A stretch of DNA of 64,000 bases from assembly GCA_951406725.2 (NCBI GenBank), contig OX597814.1:9052001-9116000 (forward strand), given 5' to 3'. The first letter of the stretch is position 1; each line of letters starts with the position of its first letter. Positions 48,925-60,964 of the stretch are shown here, piece after piece. The notes beneath the pieces are model-generated. The model was not told the origin of the DNA. It saw only the letters and a program-made list of their open reading frames with translations, and did no database searches. A program made the translations under genes and the position numbers. The DNA comes from Octopus vulgaris. Lineage: Eukaryota.

Positions 48925-51710
48925 CCAGTTCCAATCTGATTTGGCAGTGTTTCTACAGCTGGATGCCCTTCCTAATGCCAACCACTCTGAGAGTGTAGTG
49001 GGTGCTTTTCACATGTCACCAGCGCAGGAGCCATTCAGCAGGTACTGATATCAGTCACGATTGCTTGGTGCCTTTTGCATGGGGGCCAGTTATTCGGACC
49101 TGGCATTGACCACATTTGGATGGTGCCTTTTACGTGCCACTAGCATGGGAGCCAGTCAGGCGAACCTGGAATCGACCAACTTCAGATGGTGCTTTATACA
49201 TGTTACTGGCATGGGAGCCAGCCAGGGGCACTGGCCCTAGCTATGATATTGATTTTACTTGACTCAACAGGTCTTCTCAAGCATATCATATCACTCGATG
49301 CATCAGGGGTATTCGTAACAGGACCAGACATGTATAACTGCAATCTCACTTTAGTTGCCAGGTCTCCTCAATCATAACACACCTCCAAAGGTCCCAGTCT
49401 CCTGTCATTGCCTGTGAGGCTTGTAACGAGCTTAGTGATGTGTGAATATCCTCTTGTGCACTTTTGGGGTGCACAAAGCAATCACTCTCACTAGCCGTTG
49501 CTTTAATAATCCAGATTCTCTACAAGTCGGAAACAACAAGACGCAGACGTAAAATATACATTATAACTACTTTATTCTCTTTCTTGGTAAACAATAACAA
49601 TAAGTGTGTTATCTGATGTCCTTGATTCTGGGCGCGCAAGGCTGAAAGTTAATAGATTGTAATATTTACAATGTCCAGCCGATGAAAACAGAAAGGGTCC
49701 AAGATGGCGTCGAACAATGGAGACGATGTTGGTCTGCAACAATTTTGGTTAAAAGTCTTCGGCCAAAGGACTGCTAGAATCCGTTCGAATGGAGAGAATA
49801 TATGCGTGACCGTCGCCGTCAATCGCTGGGTCCCAAGTCACCGCTTGCTGGACGCTAGCGGTCAAACGTTCTACGACCCCCTTGCCTCGCCAACTGCTAC
49901 GTAGGCAATAGGGTCGTGCTACCGGTGGTTCGCGCATGCGCGAGAGGGCCTTCCTTTCTGTGCCTTGGTAAAGGCACCAACACGCGCGAAATACAAATGG
50001 GCGGTGCGCGAGCCGTTGTCGGATCACTATAGGCTTAATGTTTGAAAGTCATGCTTTATCGCCTCATCTCATGTCTTCCTGGGTCTACCTCTTCCACATG
50101 TTCCTTGTACAGGTAGGGAGTGGCACTTCTTCACACAGCTATCTTCATTTATACATAATACATAGCCATACCAGCGCAGTTGTTTCTCTTGCACACCACA
50201 TTTGCAGCTTCTTATGCCCAAATTTCCTTTCTGGGCGCTTACACTCTGTTGTGTATGCACACTGACATTACACATCAAGCTATTCTTACTCTAGTCGCTA
50301 CACTCTCAAAGCAAACACCTCTACTACAGACTTGGTCACCTAGGTAGCAGAAGCTATTGACTGCTTCTAGTTTCTCCCCCAGGCATGTGATGGAATCTGC
50401 TTTCTGTACATCTTCAGTGTTTATTGCCCCTGTGCATCTGACACACACAAAAACTATTTTCCCGGTTAACCTTCCTTTGATATTTCCACACCTTATATAT
50501 GTTCATAGCTTACACTGGGTACATTGTATGGAGTTTCTACTCTCACCTTTTCTACAGATGAATCAGGGCCATCTACCTGAAGGGGTTTGTGATTTGACAT
50601 CCTTCCTACTTACTAAGACTTTGGTTTTTACTAGGTTAACCCGAAGGCCCTCTGATTCTAGATGTTGCTTCCACACCCCAAACTTCGTCTCCAGTTCTGG
50701 CAGTGACTCAACTATTAGAGCAAGGTCATCAGCATAGAGGAGCTCCCAGGTGCAGCCTGTCTTAAATTATTCTGTTATTGCCTGGAGAACTATAATGAAT
50801 AAGAGGGGGCTGAGGACTGATCCTTGGTGAACCCCTACTTCTACTCAAAATTCTTCTCTATACTAACTTCCCAACCTCACCTTACTGGTAGCATCCCTGT
50901 ACAAGGCTCGTACAGCTCTCACCAACCACTCATCTATCCCTATTTGCTATGTTAACCACCAGATAAGGGATTGGGCGCTCTGTCAAAGACTTTCTCCAAG
51001 TCAACAAAAGCCAAGTACAGAGGCTTATCTTTGATAGGAATTTCTCCTGCAGCTGTCTTACCAGAAATATAGCCTCAGTCGTCCTTCTGCCTGGCACAAA
51101 TCCAAACAGCATCTCATCTAGACTAACTCTCTCCCTAATTAGTTGTACTATGACCCTCTCTGTAACTTTCATCACCTGATCCAACGATTTGATACCTCTG
51201 TAATTATTTCTATCTAAGGCATCACCTTGACTTTGTAGCTGTTGACTATGGTGCTGCTACACCAGTCAATGGGTATGACTCCTTCATGAACTACATGAAT
51301 TACGAAGCCAGTGACAAGACCATAACCCACACCAGCCGGATATTCTAAGCATCCTAGCAGTGATTCCTGATGGGCTAAGTGCTTTCCCTGTCTTCATATC
51401 CGTAATTGCTTTTTCTTCCTGGGTACTGTCAAATCGGATAGCTGGTCCCTCAATTAGGTCAACCTTTGGCAGGCTCTCCTCCTCCCATTCATTCTCCCCG
51501 TTCAGCCAGACTTTCATAATGGCATCTCCAAGCCTCTTTCTTTGCAGAATCATTAAACGCAAGGGCACCATCATCCATGAAGACACATTTCTCTCCTATG
51601 ACATCACGGTTTTTCTCTCACAGACTGTCTTGCGATCCGAAATACTTCAGTTCTCTGGACCTCGTGTCACTGAACATTGGCAAACTTCTTCTTTTCTGCA
51701 TCAGCAACCA
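48925..51710 (-). mobile_element. RTE LINE 3' portion interrupted by a solo LTR
   Basis: DQVMKVTERV, FGFVPG and GTCGRGRPRKT, with the RTE 3' tail near 48960. Confidence 0.85.
49422..50031 (-). mobile_element. Solo LTR related to the 39921-42541 element
   Basis: Long blocks of identity with those LTRs; flanked by 4-bp TSD GGCT (49418-49421, 50032-50035). Confidence 0.92.
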
Positions 51711-51714
51711 TATA

Positions 51715-53000
51715 TGGGTCTCAGAGCAACTCCCAGATGACTGGATCGAGAGCATCATCCTCCGCTTCCAGAAAAAAAAAAAAGAATGGCCACAAACTCA
51801 TCAGCAGAGTCATCACTCTCCTCTCCATCTCAAGCAAGCTCTTCACCAGGATCCTTCTCAGCCATGCTTGTCCTGCCATTAGAAGTAGATTCTGCCTACA
51901 TCAAGCCAGATTCATGCCAAATCGATTTACCCCCTACTGTACTTTTGCCTTTGTCTCATCAGTGAAAGATCTCGGTAGTTCTGCAAAGATTTGCCACCTC
52001 TACATCACCATCATCAACCACATATTCCACTGGAAAATTCTCAAGCTTGTTGGTACACTTCTCAAGATCACCGCCCTGTTCCAATGGCTCTATTGCAGTT
52101 CGGAGAGATGCATGTGGGTGAATGTGAAAGACTCTGACTTGCAAAGAGGACAGCATGGTCACTCTCAACTTCTTTGACTGTATCATTATTTATCTGATGA
52201 TCAAGGTCTGTGAGTGGGTCTCTCGCATTACTTGAAGTATGTGGATGATACCATCCTATTCAACAACTCAGTTGACCAGCTCAGGGACACACTGACCAAT
52301 TACAGAGATGAATCAACAAGGCTTGGACTTCACGTGAGTTGAGTGAAGACCAAGCTGATGCATGTCAGAGATGGCCTGGATCCTCCCCCACTCTACACTG
52401 GGCCTGATGCCATGGAGTTTGTTAGCTCCTTCATATACCTGGGTTCTACAGTCACCAACAATGGAGATCTGACACTGGAGATTAACTGCAGATGTGGGCT
52501 TGCCACTGGGGTCATGTACTCCCTATAGAAGCCCCCTCCTGTGCTACTGCTCTATTTCCCAGAAGACAAAGCTCCACATCTACAATGCATCTGTCCTCTC
52601 CATTCTCCTCTGTGGAGCAGAAATGAGGCCCCTCTTGAAGACTTTGGCAAAGAGGATTGATGGCTTCAGAAGCAGAACCCTGAGAACCAATGAGAACACC
52701 AGATGTTACCTGCATGTTTCCAACAAAGACTTGCATGCACTGTACAGGCATGTCCTCCACCTCCTATTAGATCATCCTACCAAAGTTTAACTCCCATTCA
52801 ATGCAAGAGCTGCAGGCTGGAAAGGTCTGTGGCAGACCCTGTACCAAATGGCTGAATGTGGCTAAAGAAAATCTCCAGTGACTCAATGTTACCTTGGAAG
52901 ATGTACAGTAGGGCTGGCACAGGACCACCAGCAATGGGGGTGGGGAGTACTAATGAACCTGGTTGGCTCTATATATGATGATGTTCCTGGGGTCACTAAT
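51715..53000 (+). mobile_element. Old decayed RTE-clade LINE fragment of another family
   Basis: ITLLSISSKLF, YVDD-like, FIYLGSTV and KTKLHIYNASVLSILL. Confidence 0.75.
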
Positions 53001-53612
53001 CTGAGATGACCTCAGCCCCATCAAACAAGATCATGAAGGGCAAGCAATTTTTGCAACATGGAAGTTAGACTATTCTGTAAAAAAATACTTTGAGAATTAC
53101 CCTACATTTTCCATGATACTAGTTGAGAATTCCAAGAAAGATGGTGAAAGTAATGACAATAGTGTTCTGTATCCTAATAATACCCAGTATTAAACCACTA
53201 AGAGGGTGGCTGTTATCTGGTAATTTTACTCAAAAATGGTAAGCATGAATACTCCACTGGTTTTTTCACCAATTTTGTCTGATAAGCATTTAATGTGTAC
53301 CAGATGGGCTCTGTCTGATCATGTGAACAAGGCTTTGGTAAGAAGGAAGAAATTTTTCATCTTAAAATCACATTTCCAAAATCAGAGGGCAATGTCTACC
53401 ATGCCATAAATAAGTTTATGTTTTATTTTTTTAAATACAATATAGAATATTAAGTTTTAACAAGATTTGAACTTGCAGCCTTTATTTTATTTTAAGCAAT
53501 AATTATTTCTGATGTAAAAAAGAAAAGATTGAAAATGTTAACATAACATGATGATACAGTGCAAATAATTCACAAAATTTTATGTTCAATAGTTTTAGTG
53601 TTACAAATTTGA

Positions 53613-53933
53613 CCCCCTTTGCTCATAAATGACCATGGGACTGCACTTAGAAAGTTCTCCTCCAATGCACAAATCTGAGCAAGACTGCTTATGAAAGACC
53701 AGCAGTCACCCATCAGTACCAGCCTCCCTCTTCCATGCCACTAATGTTATCCAAGAGAAAAGCAAAGGTTGACACAGCTTGGCACCAGTGACATTGCAAC
53801 TCATTTCTACAGCTGAGTGGAGTGGAGCAACATGAAATAAAGTGTCTTGCTCAAGAACACAACACACAACCCAGACAAGGAATTGAACTCACTATCTCAT
53901 GTTTGGGGGCCCAATGTTCTAACCACTGAGCCA
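53613..53933 (-). mobile_element. SINE insertion with 12-bp TSD TTACAAATTTGA
   Basis: Reverse-strand tRNA head (TGGCTCAGTGGTTAG..AGTTCAATTCC); TSD at 53601-53612 and 53934-53945. Confidence 0.75.
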
Positions 53934-53972
53934 TTACAAATTTGAATAGTTTTAGTGTTAAAAATCTGAATA

Positions 53973-54814
53973 GGAGGTGTAGTCAAAAAGCATCCAAAAA
54001 ATAAGTATTATTAAAAGATTCACCATTTTGATTTCGTCCCCTTCAAAGTATTTGCCTTGGGAGTCTACATACTTCAGCCAGTGTTCCTGCTACTGCTGGA
54101 AACATTTATGGAAACCACTTTTGAGGATTCCGTAGAGCTGTGATGTTGAATTTTGTTTAATGTCTTCTGTTGACTCAAATCTTCCCTCTTTGAATGTTAT
54201 TTTGAGCTTTGGGAACAGCGAAAAGTCACACAGAGCCAAGTCTGGGAAGTAGGAAGCCTGATGAACAAGTGGTGTGTTTTGCTTGATGCTTGGACGATGT
54301 AGGTAGAAGGAGTGGGTGCATTGTCATGTTGGAGTTGTCAGTTCTTTGCTGCCCACAGGTCGGGTTGTTTTTGTCACAGAGTTTCACAAAGGTGATGAAG
54401 AATACCCAGGTAGTATTCTTTGTTAATTGTCTGACCTTGTGGTGCATATTCATGGCTCACTGTCCACTGAGGTGCAGCCATCTTTGAAATGGCTGAACCA
54501 TTCCTTCATTTGTGTTTTTTCCCCGGGCATCATCTCCAAACACCTTCTGAATCTTCTCGATAGTCTGGGCTTGCGCATCACCAAGTTTTGGGCAGAATTT
54601 GATTGAGTATCTTTGCTCAATGCTCTCAGTCATCTTCACTCAAAAAAGGAAAGTCACACAGCACACTCTCCACGTCTGTACTCAATGTGTCACTGCAGGC
54701 ATGAAAGTTTTTGCACATGCTCATGAAGGACATGGTTACTTAACCATATGGATTTTGCTCACACATAATTATTTTGTGCAAAAACAATCAAGGTCAGATA
54801 CTATTGATTACATG
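53973..54814 (-). mobile_element. Internally deleted mariner
   Basis: N-terminal EQRYSIKFC..LG..TIEKIQKVFGD and C-terminal HDNAP / PDLALCDF..FPKLK; TA flanks. Confidence 0.8.
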
Positions 54815-54909
54815 TAGTTTTAGTATGACAAGTCTGAATAGTTTTAGTGTTACAAATCTAAAAAGTGTTAGTGCTACAAATCTGAATAGTTTTACTGTTA
54901 CAAAAGACT

Positions 54910-55181
54910 TCATTTTAAAACAGAGAATGTAATCAAATAATTAGGATATGCCTGAAAGTCATGGAAAATAACATAAATACTGGGTCTTTGAATATTATCA
55001 ACAGCAGAATTGTAAGAATCCTGTAAAAATTTTAATCCCTGGTGTCCTTGCATCATTCTTCCCACAAGAACACTGCATTTGTATATTCTCTTTATTTTGT
55101 TAGCATCAGGAACAGAATATTTATCATTTGCAGAATAGTGGATGCGTCTGGCAAAATAAACTCCATTCCCAAATGCGGTGG
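54910..55181 (-). CDS. PARP14: Gene A (PARP14-like mono-ADP-ribosyltransferase), last coding exon
   Basis: Polypyrimidine-tag acceptor. Translates (A)TAFGNGVYFARRIHYSANDKYSVPDANKIKRIYKCSVLVG...VDNIQRPSIYVIFHDFQAYPNYLITFSVLK then TGA. The symbol is family-level (PARP10/14/15 group); orthology is not established. Confidence 0.92.
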
Positions 55182-55439
55182 CTAAAAATAAAGAAAGAAA
55201 AAAAAGATAAATATATAAGCAAAGTAGCTAGTTGTAAAATCTCAATAAAGGGTGAGAGTAGTAACTACAAGTAAAGTTATATACAGGGTACAGGCTGCAC
55301 TTATAACCAGCTGGCAGGTCTACCTAGGGTTAAAACAGTAGTAACACTGAATATTCAGTTTCTGGTTATTTTCTCTTATTCCTTTCTGTTGAAGAGTGTA
55401 GGCTCAAAATGTCCAAATTCATCAACATCATCGTCATCA

Positions 55440-57482
55440 TTTAATGTCCGTTGTCCATGCTGGCATGGTGGAAGGCTGCACCACACTCCAGTCTGTTTTG
55501 GCATGGTTTTTACTGCTGGACACCCTTCCTAACACTAACTACTCCGAAAGTGTAATGGGTGTTTTTTCAAGCCATCAACACGGGTGCCATTTGCATGACA
55601 CCAGTATCTGCCACGACTGTGGTTTTATATGGCTTGATGAGTCTTCTTCTCAAGTGCAACATAATGCCAAAGGTGTCAGTCATTGCCTCTGTGAGGCCCA
55701 ACACTTGGAAGGTGCTTTTGTGCCACCAGCATGGGTGCCATTTGTGTGACACTTGTATCTTTCACGACTGCGATTTCACTTGGCTTGATGAGTCTTCTTC
55801 TCAAGCACATCATAAGGACAAAGGTCTTTGTCACTGCCTCTGTGAGGCCCAACACTGGAAAGAAGCTTTTCACATGCCACTGGTGCCAGCCACTTTACCT
55901 CCGTAAAGCCCAACACTCAAAAGGTGCTCTTTATGTGCCACCTGCATGGGTGCCAGTTACATGACACCAGCATCAGCCACAACTGATTTCACTTGGCTTG
56001 ACAGGTCTTCTCAAGCACAGCCTTTTGCCAAAGGTCTTGGTCACTAGTCATTGCCTCTGTGAAGCACAACCTTCAGAGATCATGCTTCACCACCTCATCC
56101 CATGTCATCTTGGGGTCTACTTCTATCACAGGTTCCCTCCACAGTTAGAGATCGGCACTTCTTTACATGGCTGTCCTCATCCGTATGCATCACATGACCA
56201 TACCAGCACAGTCATCTCTCTTGCACATCACATCTGATGCTTCTTATGCCTAACTTTTCTCTCAAGATGTTTACACACTGTCGAACATGCACACTGACAT
56301 TGCACATCCAGTGCAATGTCATCAAGCCTACACATTTCCTTGGATGTCACAGCCCATGTTTCACTGCCATGTAGCATAGCTGTTCATACACTGGCATCAT
56401 ACAATCTGCCTTTCACTATGAGGGAGAGGCCTTTTGTTGTGAGCAGGGATAGGAGTTCTCTGAACTTTGCCCATCCTAATGTTATTCTCAGAGCATCTAT
56501 CTTTGCTACTAACTTGGTCACCTAGGTAACAGAAGCAATCTGCTACCTCTAGCTTACTTCCATGGCAATTGATGGAGTCTATTTTCTGTACGTTTTCAGT
56601 GTTTATTGTATCTGTGCATCTTCCACATACAAAAGCTGTTTTACCTGTTAACCTTCCTCTGATATTGCTGCACCTTTTATGTGTCTAAAGGTTTGTGCTA
56701 GATTAACTCTTATGGCCCTTTGATTCTAGACCTTGCTTCCATACCTGGAACTTCTCTAGTTCTGATAGTGATTCAGCTATAAGAGCAACGTCATTGGCAT
56801 AGAGGAACTCCCAGGCACAACCTGTGTTTAATTCCTCTGTTATTGCCTGGAGGACTATGATGAACAAGAGGAAGCTTAGGACCAATCCTTGGTGGACCCC
56901 TACTTGTACCCTGAATTCTTCACTATACTCGTTGCCAACCTTCACCTTACTAACAGCATCCCTGTACAAGGCTTATACAACTCTTACCAACCACTCATCT
57001 ATCCCTAGTTTCTGCATTGACCACCAGATAACAGATCGGGGGACCCTGTCAAAGGCTTTCTTCAAGTCAACAAAAGCCAAGTACAGAGGTATTTGGCTAG
57101 GTATTCCTCCTGCAGTTGCCTTACCAGAAATATAGCATCAGTGGTGCTTCTGCCTGGCACAAAACCAAACTGCATCTCATCTAGACAAACTCTTTCCATG
57201 ATTAGTTGGACTTTGACCCTCTCCACAACTTTCATCACTTGATCAAGTAATTTGATACCTCTGTAATTATTTCTATCTAAAGCATCACTTCTAACTTAGT
57301 AGCAGTTGACTATGGTGCTGCTACAGCAGTCTTTGGGTGACTCCTTCATGAACCACCTGATTTACAATATGGGTGACTTGACCATAACCTACACCACCAG
57401 ATGTTTGAAGCATCTCTGCGGTGATTCCTGAAGGGCTGGGGGCTTTCCCTGTCTTCATGTCTTTAATTGCTTTATCTACCAA
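55440..57482 (-). mobile_element. RTE LINE 3' portion with tandemly repeated 3' segments
   Basis: VGVHQG and YANDVALI; repeated CATTGCCTCTGTGAGGCCCAAC units at 55560-56070. Confidence 0.85.
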
Positions 57483-58104
57483 GAGATATATGTTGATCAG
57501 ATCCCTTTAAACAACCAAGTGGCAACATGTAAGTAGAAAATGTTTATAATATTTCCATTCTGTAAACTATACAACACAAGTAAACTTGAGAGAAAAGTCA
57601 GAGAAAAGAATTCTATTGATAAATTCCAACCTGTTTTAAATGGACAGTTATTATAATGATGATGCTGAAAATAATAATAAATACTACTGCTGCCACCACC
57701 ACCACCACCTCTAACAATGACAATAAAAAAGGTGATGGTTAGGATGGTTGTAGCACTGACCATAGACTAAATTGAAATGTAAATATTTCTGGAATAATAA
57801 CAAAAGAATTCAATGAAAACAAGAATGTTGTTTACAACATTCCAAAATATAGCCAAACAGTTATTCCATTAGGTGCAGTCAAAGTAAAGAATCTTTGATG
57901 TGCCCACCAAGCTGTGACATCTAAGCCACATACTGATTGGTCAAAATACTATTAGAATGTAGTTGGTGCACCCACCAAACTGTGACATTGAAGCCACATG
58001 CTGATTGGTCATAATACAGCTCATAAGATTCAACCTGCTGCAGCCTTTTGCTGGGTATTTAAGAGATAAATCTAAGCATTTCACTAGAGTTGTCAATTGT
58101 GGAA

Positions 58105-59450
58105 CATGTCTTAGACACAAATAATTACAAAGGCATCGGATTGCTGGATCAAGTGATGAAAGTCACAGAAAGTGTCACACCTCAATTAATCAGGAAGAGA
58201 GTTAGCATAGATGAAATACAGTTTGGATTTGTGCCAGGAAAGATCACGACTGATGCCATATTCCTGGTTAGGCAACTGCAGAAGTATTTAATCAAAATTA
58301 AACTTCTGTACCTGGATTTTGTCTGCTTCCTTATCTGGTGGTCAATGAGGGAGCTCAGGGCAGATAAGTGGTTGGTGAGAGCTGTACAAGCCATGTACAG
58401 TGAAACTGTCAGTAAGATGAAAGTTAGCAATAAATATAACAAGGAATTCAGACAACAAGTTGGAGTTCATCAAGGATCAGTCCTCAGCCCCGTTTGCACA
58501 TCATAGTCCTCCAGGCAATAACAGAAGAATTTAAGACAGGCTGCCCCTGGGAACTCCTCTATGCTGATGACCTTGCTCTTATAGCTGAATCACTACCAGA
58601 ACTAGAGAAGAAATTTCAGGTGTGGAAACAAGGACTAGAATCAAATTATCTTAGCAAAACTAAAGTCTTAGTAAGTAGGGGAGCAGACAAATTACAATAT
58701 TTTTTCTGGTTGATAGCCCTGCTCTATCCATAGAAGAGGCATAGGTAGAAATTCCATAAGATGTACAGAGTGTAAGCTATGGACTCATAAAAGGTGCAGC
58801 AATATCAGAGAATGATTAAAACAGAGAAAATATCTTTTGTGTGTGAAAAGTGGAAAAGTACAGAAAATAGACTCCATCACATGCCAGTGGGGGAAGCTAG
58901 AGGAAGTTGATAACTTCCGTTACCTAGGTGACCAAGTCAGTAGCGGAATTGGATGCTCTGAGAGCATAGCTGTGAGAATAAGAATAGGCTGAGCAAAGTT
59001 CAGAGAGCTCCTACATCTGCTGACAACAAAGGGCCTCTCTCTCTCTCAGAGTGAAAGGCAGATTGATGCCAGTGTGTGAACAGCTGTGCTGCATGGCAGT
59101 AAAACATGGGCTGTGACAGCTGAGGAGATGCGTAGGCTTGAAAGAAATGAAGCCAGTATGCTTTGCTGGATGTACAATGTCAGTGTGCACACAATAACAG
59201 AATGTAAGTGCCCAGAGAGAAATGTTGGACATAAGAAGCATCAGATGTGGTGTACAAGGGAGACGACTGTGCTGGAATGGTTATGGAATGTATATGGATG
59301 AGGACAACTGTGTAAAGAAGTGCCCATCTCTAACTGTGGAGGGAACTTGTGGTAGAGGTAGACCCCAACAAGACATAAGATGAGGTGGTGAAGCATGCTC
59401 TTCAAATGTTGGGCCTCACAGAGGTAATGACTAACGGCCGAGACCTTTGG
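58105..59450 (+). mobile_element. RTE LINE fragment
   Basis: NYKGIGLL, WELLYADDL and LHGSKTW. Confidence 0.85.
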
Positions 59451-59594
59451 TCTTCCTCTGTCCTCTCTGTGTGAGAAAGGACTCTGAACAACAACCAATG
59501 TGGACAGTGACAGTCTGTCCAGCTCAGGCCAATATGGAAGGTGAATGGATGAAGATGACGATGATAATGATGATGTTGATTATGATATACTTAC

Positions 59595-59772
59595 CATTTT
59601 TACCACAATAGCTACGGTTGAATCCTGATTTATTTATTCCATCAACAGCTCCTTCAGCAGTACCATGCCAAAGACCATCAACTTCATTTGTAACGTTTGG
59701 ATTTTCTACCTCAAATTTTCTTTTCAATGCTTGGTATCCGTGGTATAATGTTTTATTTTGAATTCTCTCAAT
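59595..59772 (-). CDS. PARP14: Gene A, catalytic-domain exon
   Basis: tttctacag acceptor and G|gtaagt donor; 178 nt, phase 0-1. Translates IERIQNKTLYHGYQALKRKFEVENPNVTNEVDGLWHGTAEGAVDGINKSGFNRSYCGKN (catalytic His in WHGT). Confidence 0.92.
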
Positions 59773-60455
59773 CTGTAGAAAGGAAAATACATTTATGAAA
59801 AGACAATCAGTTCACTTCTTTGACAAGGAAATAACGTTTGTGGTGAAATCCACCAACCTTATCTGCTTTTGATTTTATTTGATACCAAATGTAGTGTAGT
59901 GGCTAGAATAAAAATGGGTTGGCCAAAGCTCAGAGCTAAACCTAATATTTCAAACTTTGTTTGTAACAAAGGGCCTCTCCCTCAGAATAAAGGCAGGTTG
60001 CATGATGCCTGTGTACAAATAGCTATGCGACATGGCAGTGAGACTTGGGCTGTGATGAAGTGGTGAGAAAGGATTTTCAGACGTTGGGCCTCACAGAGAT
60101 GACAAGGAACCAAGACTTTGACAGTTTGCTGAGCTAAGTAAAATCATGGCCAACTATGCGTACAGGCACATCTTCTACATCCCTTTCTCAGCTGCGAGAT
60201 CCTAATCTTGCAGACGCATGTGTGCTGGTGCCATGTAAAGTGGTTGTCATTAGAAAAGGCATCTAACTATAGAAACAATGCCAAAACAGACAAATGGAGC
60301 CTGGAGAGCCCTCAAGCTGGCTAACTCTTGTCAAACCACCCAACCTATGCCAACAATGATGATGATGATGATGACAATAAGCCATCCAAAATAGGTTGAT
60401 GTAATGAGATTTAAATCTTTTATACAAACAATAAATAGAAGTAGAAAATACAAAC

Positions 60456-60589
60456 TTTGATTATACGATAGGAAGGCAAATTCCGACTGAAAGTTGTCTG
60501 GATGTCATCATATTCTGGTCCATTTGTGACTGGAACAATTTTAATTAATTCCCCATCTTCCATTAGTGACCATGTATCAGGGATCAAAT
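60456..60589 (-). CDS. PARP14: Gene A, exon at the start of the PARP catalytic domain
   Basis: ctctag acceptor and AAA|gtttgt donor; 134 nt, phase 1-0. Translates LIPDTWSLMEDGELIKIVPVTNGPEYDDIQTTFSRNLPSYRIIK. Upstream exons probably lie beyond the window. Confidence 0.88.
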
Positions 60590-60964
60590 CTAGAGTCCAA
60601 ACAGAAATCAAATATTTCAGAAGAAAATTAAAATTATGAACCTTTTTTCTGTTGAAAGTTTATAAAAAACAATGCAGGAATATTTTGACTAATTTTTTGG
60701 TTTAGACAACAAATTTTGAAATATAAAACACAGCACTGTAGTCTAGTAATAGTAGTAGGTGTTGGTGAGATAATGGTTGTGATGGTGGTGGTGCTAGTGG
60801 GTGTGGTGATGAACTCCTACCAAAGCAGACATTAGAGCACAATACATTACTTGCACCGACATTAAACCATCCAACCCATTGCTGGCATGGAAAACTGATG
60901 TTAAGGGATTATGATGATGATGTTGGCATCAGATATATATATATATGTATATATATATGTATGT

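Noticed and set aside
53100-53245. Plus-strand exon ending ATG|GTAAGC
   Set aside because: The ATG frame checked stops early, and no homology or partner exon is evident.
55560-56070. CRISPR-like repeat array (also 28135-28270)
   Set aside because: These are degenerate tandem segments of the RTE 3' region in a eukaryotic context, with no unique spacers or cas genes.
57895-58020. Approximately 70-bp direct duplication in a gene A intron
   Set aside because: A simple two-copy tandem duplication with no supporting structure.
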